In this document: positions 53,441-64,000 of the stretch, one piece after another
Numbering within the stretch: position 1 is the first letter of the stretch
Layout: each line of letters starts with the position of its first letter
Assembly: GCF_006345805.1 (NCBI RefSeq)
Contig: NC_043017.1
Location: 19,468,001-19,532,000 of the forward strand
DNA: 64,000 bases
Source: Octopus sinensis
Taxonomy: Eukaryota
Reading direction: 5' to 3'
Notes under the pieces: model-generated
Told to the model about the DNA's origin: nothing
The model's input: the letters and a program-made list of their open reading frames with translations, nothing else
Databases searched by the model: none
Program-made: the position numbers and the translations under genes

Positions 53441-54192
53441 ATACAAACAGATGTATACACTTATATATACATACATACATACACATAATACCATCACATG
53501 TATGAACACACATACACACACACAAATACATCTTTTGATAGTTATTAACATTTTATAAATAACTAGTTTTAGTTATTCATCTTTATAAACACAGTATCAG
53601 ATGGCAGAAAGTAGGGCCCTGAATGAATTGCCCTCACCACCACCACCACCAGCACTAGCACTACCATCACCACCACCACCAACAACAACATCATCAGTAA
53701 CAATACTAGAAGTGAAATAATGAGTCATGTTAAGATGCTGTGTGACCTTTATAGTGAAAATGACAATTAACAGAAGGTCAGCTGCTAATAGGCAGAGTGA
53801 AAGGGGGAGTGAGTAGGTGGGTGGAGGCAGAGAGGCTTACCCCCAGCACCCCCTTCTGCCTCCACTTCAGGACACCCACTCATTGTAGGAGAGAACCTTA
53901 AACAGATATAAAAAGAAGTTACATCCATCCATATCTGTCTGTCTGTCTACACACAAAAGAACTGACTTCAAATGAATAATCACATGTATTGAGTTCCTTA
54001 TCTCTAATTTGTAAAGCCAAGTGTGTTTGTGTGTGTGTATATATATGTATACATACATATACAATACACACATGCACATATATACACACATACAAAGACA
54101 TATACACACACACACACAAACACATATACACACACACATATACACACACACACACACATACACACACAAACACATATACACACACATATATG

Positions 54193-54240
<48 letters not shown>

Positions 54241-54548
54241 TATAGTTATTGGGGAGTATGAAGGATCCTGGTATAGGAAGTAAGTAAGCTTCAAGGATGT
54301 ACAGAGATGTATAGATAACAAAAGGTAGACAATATACAAGAGTTCAATAAAAATCAATACATTTATACACTTTATCCCATATTGAGATTAATGGAAATTT
54401 CAATAACTTGACAGTCACCATACATATGATGATGTAAACAACTCCAAGGTAAAAGAAGCTGAGGATTAGCAAAAGGGTTTTGTGTGTTACAACTTATGCA
54501 ACAAATGTTGTTTCACTATGAAACATATGTAGTCCTTGTTTACCTTTT

Positions 54549-54855
54549 CCACAGACGTTTCCGTATCCAATTAGAGAAATTAATTAAATTAATCTATAAT
54601 TTTCATATTAAAACTGGTTGAGTATTTCATCAGGGAAGAATTTCCCAGAAAGGAATTATGTTCCAACGTGCTGGCTGAGCCCATGACAAACTCAGACCCA
54701 AGCCCTTGGCATCTGAGTCTGTCAAGGGCTCGACCAACACATTGGAATGTAACTCCTTTCTGGGAAATTCTTCCCTGGTGAAATACCCAATTAACCAGTT
54801 TCAATTTAATTTAATTTCTTTAATTGAATTAATTGGATATGGAAACAGCTGTAGG
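54549..54855. repeat. About 300-bp imperfect foldback/hairpin element
   Basis: Arms pair from ccacagacgtttcc / ggaaacagctgtagg inward to ccaa-gccc-ttgg at about 54700. Confidence 0.9.
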
Positions 54856-55575
54856 GATAAGAATTTCATATTATATTGATTTAAATATCTTTGAATAAAC
54901 TAATGGCTATATGTTAGTTTCTCCATTTTCTTGTTGTCCTCATTCATAAATATTTTGAATAACCAAATCCATCAATGCAAAACTAACGTGGTATAAACCG
55001 AAGAACTAGGATGCAAACATCCCTTAAAGGATTCTATGTATGTATGTATGTCTATAAAGGGGAAGAAGGGGTATATGCATTTCATTTTAGCTAGCGGAAA
55101 AATAGGAAAAAAAAAGTTGCATCACCCCTATCCCAACCCCAAAAAAGAGGGAAAGAAAAAATCAAACAAATAAACAAAAATATAAGGAAAAAACATTTAG
55201 AACTGTTAAAAATATATTGGACTATTTCCCTCTTTCCTCTCTCTGTCTCTCCCCACTTCCATTTCTCTCTCTTATTCTCTCTCTCTCTCTCCTTGCAAGA
55301 GTGAAATTAATAAGCAGTCTTCTATCAGAGATAAGAATTTAGCATCTTTGAGAGTCAGTTGAAGTTATTTTATTGGAAAGAATCTAAGATTAAGTTGAGA
55401 GAATTGAAACTGAAAATAGAAATCTCAGGTCCTTGGAGGTGTGCACATACATTCATACGTACACATATGTAATCTTTCTCTCAATATCATTTGTAGAAAA
55501 ACATAAATCTGGAAAAGCACACTCTAAGATACACACACAAACATGCATGTGAGATAACATTTACTTACATACACA

Positions 55576-55627
<52 letters not shown>

Positions 55628-55931
55628 TTTCTGGAGTTGAAGATAATAATAAAAAATTCTAAGTGAAGTGGTGTGGGTTGAGATGAGAAAAGGAGAGGGG
55701 GATGAGGAGGAGGAGGAAAGTAAATAAGTGCAAAACTCTGCAGGGGGGAGAGGGGGGAGGTGTTGATGAAGTAAAGTGTAAAATCTGGAAGGAGAGAGAG
55801 AGAGAGAGAGATAGAGAGACTGAGTGAGGGGGGGAGAGGCAAGACGGAGGAGGAGGAGGAGTAGTGGTATGATGAAAACATGTTAAAACAGAGTGATGTC
55901 ATGGGGTCATGAAGGAAGTAGATTAATAATA

Positions 55932-55969
<38 letters not shown>

Positions 55970-56367
55970 AATAATAATAAATAGGAGACAAACTCAATAA
56001 GTATACAGAGAAGGGTTTGGGTAGATTTTCAAGGAAGAATGAGAAGGACAGAGGCAAGGAAATAGAAAGAAGCTTGATAAGTGTACCAAGTTATTTTGAG
56101 ATTTGTGGAGATGGTGGTGGGGCAGTTTTTTGTTTGTTTTTTTTTTTTTTGTTTTTTTAGTTTATTACTTTTGTTTTTTTTTCTTCTTCTGGTGTTCAGC
56201 AATAAAGAAGAGAGATTAAAAATAAAAAAATTGCAAGCTGTTTGCAATTATAAACTGCTGATCTGGATGTAAAATGTAAGAACGATGATGAAAGTTTACT
56301 GTCTTAAAAGCATACAACAAACCTCAGCGAGATATAAATATATTTCCTCAATTTAAAATGAAAAACT

Positions 56368-56778
56368 CTTTACTCTTTTACTTGTTTCAGTCATTTGACT
56401 GCGGCCATGCTGGAGCACCGCCTTTAGTCGAGCAAATCAACCCCGGGACTTATTCTTTGTAAGCCCAGTACTTATTCTATCGGTCTCTTTTGCCGAACCG
56501 CTAAGTAACGGGGACGTAAACACACCAGCATCGGTTGTCAAGCAATGCTAGGGGAACAAACACAGACACACAAACATATACACACACATACATACATATA
56601 TATATACATATATACGACAGACTTCTTTCAGTTTCCGTCTACCAAATCCACTCACAAGGCATTGGTTGGCCCGAGGCTATAGCAGAAGACACTTGCCCAA
56701 GATGCCACGCAGTGGGACTGAACCCAGAACCATGTGGTTGGTAGGCAAGGTACTTACCACACAGCCACTCCTGCGCCT
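56368..56778 (-). mobile_element. SINE family C, young copy
   Basis: Full length, CpGs largely retained. Confidence 0.88.
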
Positions 56779-57978
56779 ACATTGCTTAGAATTTTGGTAC
56801 AAGGCCATTAATTTTAGGGGGAGGAGGTAAGTTGAGCGCAAATGATCCACAGAATTTTACTGGTACGTTATTTTATTAACATGGAAAGATGAAAAGCAAA
56901 GTCAACTTCAGAGGAATTTGAACATAGAACTGGAAAAAAATATCTCTAAGCATTTTGCCTGATGCACTAACAATTCGGCCAGCTCACCACCTTTACAAGG
57001 ACAACAACAACAACAACAATAATAATAATAATAATGGGCTACAGCAAATATTCTGCTCAATACCAAATTTGCTTGTCAGTTGTTTGACCGTAACCAGTTG
57101 AGCATGTCCCTTAGAGGCTGATGATATGTGTATCTCTGACCACAAGCAGAAATAGTGGGGGAGCATCACAGCCGTGTGTTGAAAGGAATTCTTAGAGGTT
57201 TGGATAATTCATCCTTTGGAACCATACTTAGTGCAATTCTTCTTCTTTTTTTTTTTTACTGTATCAAGGATTACATAATCCAAAATCTCTTTCATTTCTT
57301 TATAAGATGTAATTTGAGGAGATTTAGTTGCTATTCCTAGCAGATTGGATGGCTGTGTTGATGATGTTGTTATGTAGCCTCAAGAGCTTAGCTCCAATGA
57401 TCAAGCAGATCTATGGCACACAAGTATTCAGCTGGTTAACTGACCAACTAGGTACAAAGCAATAGATTTTTTTAGAGTTCCAGATATACCTTGATACTGC
57501 AGCTGAGGATCGTATTGCATACTCTGACATGCACTGGTGAATCATACCAAGTGCAATGTGATAGTCTAGATATGTTGTACTCATGAGGTCTCAAAGCACT
57601 TGTTTGACCTAATAGAAATAAATAGCAAACCTGCCTCCTTCAAGTTTCCCTCAGTCATCTTTAAAAAATAATGAATATATTGAATACTACAAAAGAAAAA
57701 AAAAAAAACTGGATGGGCATGGCCAGATTAGAAACCAAACGGATGAATAAAAAAAAAACCCCACCAAAAATCGACACATAGAGGAAACTAAAGTGTTTCT
57801 GGTAGACTAACATTTTTCTTGCCCCTCCTGGGGCCGACCAAAGTCCATATGTTAACAAAGATTTCTTTTCTTTAAATTGTAAAAACAAATATTTTTTTGC
57901 ATCTTAAAAGATACAAATAAGCCACTACCCCCCCCACTCCCTCTCTGCACTCCTACTTTCACCGTTGCTTTGAGCATG

Positions 57979-58016
<38 letters not shown>

Positions 58017-58282
58017 CATGCTTGCTTTGCTTACATCTGATATGTAACAGATGGGTCTTCCTGTTATTTGAAACCAAGGCATTCTAAGGATTTCACTGGA
58101 GTACTGATGATACTGTGAAATATGTATGAGAGAGAGAGAGGGAGAGAGAAGAGAGAGGGAATGAGAGGGAGAGAAGAGACAGAAGGAAAGAAGTGAGCAA
58201 TGGAATGAGAGAGAGGGTGATGTATGGGGGTGAGAAAGAGGGCAAGCCACAAAGAAAATTATACATATATACACATATATAC

Positions 58283-58332
<50 letters not shown>

Positions 58333-59126
58333 GAGAGAGAGAGAAGAGATGAAGGTGAAAAAGAAGGTAAGCAACAAAGAATGAAATGAAGACAGAGAGA
58401 AAGAGAGAGATCAAGAGAGACAGACAGACAGACGAAGAGAAAGTACAGCACAGATGGATAGACATGACAACATCAACAACAAGAACAACACTGACACACA
58501 GACAGAGACAGATGGAATATATAGGCAAAGAGACCCAGATATTTCTTTTTGACTCATTTCATAGAAGGTTAACATGACAAAATCTCATTTCAAAAAAAAA
58601 AAAAAAAAAAAAAAAACTACCTCGAAGTACTTAAATGTAAAAAAAAAAGCATTGAATTTTCAGACAGTTAACATTAGTTTTGTACATGTGTTGGGGTATG
58701 TTACAAGCTACTAATGTCGTATGATGAAATTAGCAGCTATTGAAACAGTGACGGCTTGCCGTCGAAGAAAACCCCTGTCAAAGACAGACATTCTGGTATT
58801 GTAAGTATATTTGCAAAAAAGTAATGAAAGCGTAGTCGAGTGGTTAAGAAGTTAGCTTCACAACCATATGATTCTGGGTTCAATACCCCGGAATTCTCAA
58901 TGCTTTGGCCAAGTGACTTCTCTGTTCCCTTAAATGAGAGTTGATTGTTACCTCATGAATGGAATTTGGTAGAATTTGGAAACTAAAGAGAAACCTGTCA
59001 TATATGTGTGTGATTATTCTATTGGTCTCTTTTGCCAAACTGGTAAGTTGCTGGAAAGTAAAAACACCACCATCAGTTACCAAGCGATGGTAAGAAACAG
59101 ACACAAAGACATAACACACACATGTA

Positions 59127-59163
<37 letters not shown>

Positions 59164-59200
59164 ATATGTATATATATATATATATATATAAATATATATA

Positions 59201-59380
59201 TAGTTAATCCAAACAAGAAAGCACAAAAAAACACAACGCGAGGACGTGGAACAAATATAGTATTATTGGACGCTCAGGAAAGAAGAAAGGAAGGAGGGTT
59301 TAACATTTCGAGTGAAGCTCTTTGTCGGAAACATAGAAGGAAAGACAGAGGGAAAAAAAATCGCCAACGGTACACACGCA
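59201..59380 (-). mobile_element. Second copy of the 13.4-kb repeat
   Basis: Shares tagttaatcc...gcgaggacgtggaacaaatatagtattattggacgctcagg...tcgccaacggtacacacg with 13404-13600. Confidence 0.75.
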
Positions 59381-60020
59381 GTCACATTGGGCTTCTTTCA
59401 GTTTCTGTCTACCAAATCCATTCATAAAACTTTGTTTGACCCAAAGCTACAGTAGAAGACACTTGCCCAAGGTGGCACACAGTGGGACTGAACCCAGAAC
59501 CATGTGATTGGAAAGCAGTCTAATTCTTATCATTAATCATTAATTAACTTCAAAATGAGGTGTAATTTCAACATCCAAAGAAACAAGGGAAGAAGAATAA
59601 CAAAGAAAAAGAAGAAAAAAAAGGGTAGGAGTGGTGGGAGGAGGCTTGGCACGGTTTCTGAGAGTGTTTACAGAAATTATCAACACAACTAATTGATTAA
59701 TTAAATATGTCTAATCATCAGATTTTGCAAAGTTCAGTTTAGATTACCTATCTCTTCTCTCAAGGTCTAAATTAGTTTATGCCATAGTTAGCAATTAAAC
59801 ACATTTAGTGTCGTTACTGTGTCTCGTAAATTGTCTGAAATAAAAGCAGCAGCAGCAACAACAACAACAACGACAATGCATTTGTTGTTGCAGCTGTAAT
59901 GCCCAGACAGGTTGTTGCATACTTCAATTGACTGCTCCATCTTCCAAACAATGGAAGAAAATATCACTGATGAGGTCAGAAAATGGACACAACAGGACTT
60001 TGATAAACTTCATTGACCGA

Positions 60021-60340
60021 CCGAGCAATTAAACAATTGATTAGTTAATTGGTTAAACAGTTAACCGACTGACAAATAATAAAGAGGTGAAATAGAACCA
60101 GTGTGTGTATGTGTTATTATTGGCATAATGACCCTCCCAAGATACAACAAAATATGTTTCAGCATGAGTTTACTTCAAAACCGAACAATTAAACAACTGA
60201 TTAGTTAATTGGTTAAACAGTTAACCGACTGACAAATAATAAAGAAGTGAAATAGAACCAGTGTGTGTATGAGTTATTATTGGCATAATGACCCTCCCAA
60301 GATACAACAAAATATGTTTCAGCATGAGTTTACTTCAAAA
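60021..60340. repeat. 160-bp tandem duplication
   Basis: 60021-60180 vs 60181-60340, four substitutions seen. Confidence 0.95.
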
Positions 60341-61039
60341 CTCTTGTAAACCAAATACGAAAAAACATTTTGTTTTCCTTTTGTTTTCTTTTTTTTTTAT
60401 GTAAAAGAAAATGTCAAAACCGTCAACTATAATTTAAACTCTCAGTTTGAGACTATTTTAAGACTAAAAGTTCATTAGTTCATTGCTTGTTGTTGCTTTT
60501 TTTTAATGTAGAACAAGAACAACAACTCCAAAGAAAGCTCTTGAGATGATTAAGATACACCAACCAATCTTAATTTTCCACTTTTCTCTATAAATCTGTG
60601 GTACTGTGCCAATGTAAAAAATCAATACTTTATGAGTATGTGTGTGTACACACAATTTTATATATATGTATATATATCTAGAACTGGCACAACTACTGGT
60701 TTGATCTCAGGTCAATTATCCTATAAAGAACTACAGAATTACATGAGTATCATGTATTGTGTACTAAATATGAGAGCAGTTCATTTTGATTGAACCAATT
60801 TCAACAGAGATAATACAAAACATATACATAAAGATATAAAAAAAAATACACAATCTGAACACAATCATACATGCATATATACTATACATACACACACATG
60901 CACGCGCGCACGCACACAGAATGTATCTGAGTATGATTGTATATGAATCTTATGCTTCTTATATTTATGTATTTTTGATATGGAAATTTCCATATACATA
61001 TACACACATAAATATATATATATATATATACATATATAT

Positions 61040-61072
<33 letters not shown>

Positions 61073-61186
61073 AATAATAAATATTAGGGAATAGATCCAA
61101 ATTTACAGGGAAAAATCAGATTTAGGATTGAATCCAATTTTATAGTAAAATATTATATTATATTATATTATATTTTCTCTAATATA

Positions 61187-61225
<39 letters not shown>

Positions 61226-61229
61226 ATAC

Positions 61230-61274
<45 letters not shown>

Positions 61275-61379
61275 CACACACCTATACATATATATATATA
61301 TATATACATATATTGGTAAAAACGGTAAGATAACAAAAGAAAGAAAGAGACCTCAATATTATGTAAATAGAGGAAATTT

Positions 61380-61562
61380 ATCTGTAAATTAATATGTTAC
61401 CATTATTCAATAGCCAAGATAAAACTCAGAGTTTCGGATGCCAAAGTGGAAATCCACAACACCATCACTTCGGTTAGCAGATAACCGAAGAGATGGTGTT
61501 GGATCCGAAACTCAGAGTTTTATCTTGGCTATTGAATAATGGTAACATATTAATTTACAGAT
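61380..61562. repeat. Near-perfect palindromic (foldback) element
   Basis: 60-bp arms 61380-61439 and 61503-61562 with one mismatch; inner 10+9 bp stem closing a gcaga loop. Confidence 0.9.
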
Positions 61563-61969
61563 ACATATACATATACATATATACATATACACTTTATACA
61601 CACACACATATATATAAATATATATGCACACACACACAAATGTGCATTTGTGTTTATGTATCTTGAGCTAAGATGTGTGTATATACATACAGATGCATGT
61701 GTGTGTTTGTGTATTTATATGTTTATGAGATGATGATGATGACAACAACGATGATGACGATGATGTATGAAACTCTTTGGGCAGCGAATAACGCAAACTA
61801 ACAAACACGTTCTGACAGCAAAGATAAAAGAACACGGCGCCGCAACAACACACGTACCCAGAAAAGGGCCCCCAAGAAATTCAAGAACACAAGAGAGTGT
61901 GATCAAGAGAAAAAAAAAAAAAAAAAAAAGAGAGAGAAAGACTAAGTGGTGAAACTAAGCTGAGTTCAC

Positions 61970-62128
61970 CTGGGCTGGTTCGGTGTGGGGTGGCAGGTCC
62001 GGGAAGGGGTCTGTGAGGTGTGCTGCTGTTAAAATATCAGCTATGTGTGCACTGAGGTAAACCTCAGGAAATACTGCAGCATAAACTTCCTCCTCGACAG
62101 CTTTTCTTTCTCGCATCGGATATTTCAT
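61970..62128 (-). CDS. Candidate alternative first coding exon of the navigator gene (MKYPMRERKAVEEEVYAAVFPEVYLSAHIADILTAAHLTDPFPDLPPHTEPAQ)
   Basis: ATG at 62128 with an in-frame upstream TAG (62146-62144); 53 open codons ending CAG|gtgaac at phase 0, in frame with exon 51632-51715; non-repetitive, GC-richer sequence. Donor is weak and there is no homology support. Confidence 0.3.
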
Positions 62129-62260
62129 CAACTTGAATCTCACCTAGCCTGCCCTCTTACCTGAGTTTTTGTTTTTAATTCTATTTTTCTATATATATAT
62201 ATATACACACTCACACATATATATATGTATGTATGTATGTATATATATATATATATTTAG

Positions 62261-62291
<31 letters not shown>

Positions 62292-62320
62292 TATATATAT
62301 ATGTGTATATATATATATAC

Positions 62321-62367
<47 letters not shown>

Positions 62368-62464
62368 CATATTATATATACATATATATATATATACATA
62401 TATATATACATATTATATATACATATATATATATATACATATATATATACATATATATATATAC

Positions 62465-62495
<31 letters not shown>

Positions 62496-63513
62496 CATAT
62501 ATATATACATATATATACATATATATATATACATATATGTATATATTTTGTTTTCAAGGCAGAGTTATATCTGCTGCTGCTAAATGCTGGGTTGGCACCG
62601 TTCCAACAAATCATTGATATCAGAAGCAAATAATAATAATAATAATAATATAATGATAATATTATGATATAATAACAGTGGTAGTGATAATAATAATATT
62701 AGCAATAATAACACATATAAAATAATTCTACAACAGGCACAAAACCTAATAATAATAATAATAAAAGTAAAAATAGTAGTAATGATAATAGTAGGAGCAG
62801 AAATAATAATAGTAATAATAAAAATGATGATGATGGAGGGGGGGGGGGCTACATAAAAACTGCATTAACTGATAGAGATATAAAACAAACATTGTAGAGA
62901 GAGAGAGGGGGAGGGAGGGGGGTACAGACAGCAATTTCTTAAGTCATAAATAATAAGGCTAGTGAAAGCCTAAACCTGTATGTGTGTGTGAGGAGGGGAC
63001 CAAGGGGAATGAAAGGAGAGACCCCTACCCTCTTTGAATTATACAGAATCAAAGGAGAGAATTTAAGCTTTGGTTTAGGTGCAGGCATGGCTGTGTGGTT
63101 GAGAAGTTTGCATCTTCACCGCAAGGAATTTGGATTCAGTTCCACAATGTGGAACCTTGGGCAGCTCCAGGCCAATCAAATCCATGTGAGTGGATTTGGT
63201 AGATGGAAACTGAAAGAAGCCCATCATATATGTGTGTGTGTGTGGAGAGGTTGTTTGTGGTACCTTGTCTAGATATTGTACGATGGTTGTAAATGAGTGT
63301 CACTGTCACACAAGCGGTGTTATTCATGTCGAGTATTCTGTGAGAACATGTCTGACCATACGGAAATGTTACCTTCCTTGGAAACCTGTGAATGTTGGCA
63401 ACAGGAAGGGCAATTGGCTGTAGAAAATTTGCCAATAAACTCTGTCCGATCCATGCAGGCATGGAAAAGTGGACATTAGAGCAATGATGATGATGATCCA
63501 GACAACACAGCAA

Positions 63514-63750
63514 TCTCTCTCTCTCTCTCTATCTGCTCAGTCGAAGTCGACTCTCGGTCAATCATTGGATCAGTGTCCTCCAGTCAGTTTTATCCCAGGC
63601 CGCTTCTTTCAGATTGGCTATGTCCATTCCGGTATCACTTTTGATGGTGTCAAGCCAGCGGATTCTTGGTCGGCCTCTTCCTCTCTTGCCACTGACCATT
63701 CTGAGCATGATGTAATTGTAAACTAATCGATCCATCATGTCTGTTTGATA
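63514..63750 (-). mobile_element. RTE/BovB-like LINE 3' fragment
   Basis: Translates IMLRMVSGKRGRGRPRIRWLDTIKSDTGMDIANLKEAAWDKTDWRTLIQ*LTESRLRLSR*, the typical RTE C-terminal GRxRxRWLD...SRxRL pattern; (GA)n tail. Confidence 0.85.
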
Positions 63751-63790
63751 TTAAGGATTGTAAAGAAAGCAAATAAAAATTTGATGAAAG

Positions 63791-63899
63791 GATGAAAGGC
63801 AAAGTCGATCTTGGCGGAATTTGAACTCAGAACGTAACGGCAGACGAAATACGGTTACACATTTCGCCCAGCGTGCTAACGTTTCTACCAGCTCGCCGC
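63791..63899 (-). mobile_element. SINE family B, 5' half
   Basis: Matches the head of 1628-1740 in reverse. Confidence 0.8.
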
Positions 63900-64000
63900 A
63901 GCGGTAATAACAACAACAACCTTATCTTCCTTGTCATCATTCTGCGAGAAAGCTGCAAGAGCATTAGGATGGTTCCATTATGTTACCCTACATCTATCCT

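Noticed and set aside
58730-58806. Plus-strand exon-like segment ending in gtaagt
   Set aside because: No partner exons, stops in the plausible frames and no recognisable protein.
59860-59950. Candidate upstream navigator exon ending ...TTN
   Set aside because: No GT after the TTN codons and no match to the expected EIRKLRREL coiled coil; the true upstream exon is probably beyond 64000.
408-63726. Most ORF-track entries ([12 protein letters not shown], poly-I/N, LSLS)
   Set aside because: Translations of TA, CA, GA and AAT microsatellites; not genes.

Overview
Eukaryotic, AT-rich genomic DNA that is almost entirely intronic. The microsatellite load and SINE families resemble Octopus/coleoid cephalopod repeats (recognised from memory, not searched). 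The window lies inside a minus-strand neuron navigator gene (NAV2/NAV3, unc-53, sickie family). Six GT-AG exons (51632-51715, 14624-14747, 13737-13882, 12933-13111, 9624-9768, 7574-7730) splice in one frame (835 nt, about 278 aa) and encode the coiled-coil region that precedes the AAA domain. Both gene ends lie outside the window, and one intron is 36,884 bp. The introns hold several tRNA-derived SINE families (labelled A-F here), RTE and CR1 LINE 3' fragments, piggyBac-, hAT- and mariner-type MITEs, a Helitron-like element, long foldbacks and TA/AAT microsatellites. Almost all ORF-track entries are microsatellite or SINE artefacts. The most interesting signal is a tRNA-promoter SINE at 42.4-42.8 kb that carries a minimal type-I hammerhead ribozyme motif of the Penelope-element kind. 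Two other repeat families in the window carry more degenerate hammerhead-like skeletons. A candidate alternative first coding exon at about 62 kb would splice in frame to give a short navigator isoform. No prokaryotic system and no CRISPR array were found. SINE and LINE boundaries were read by eye and are approximate.
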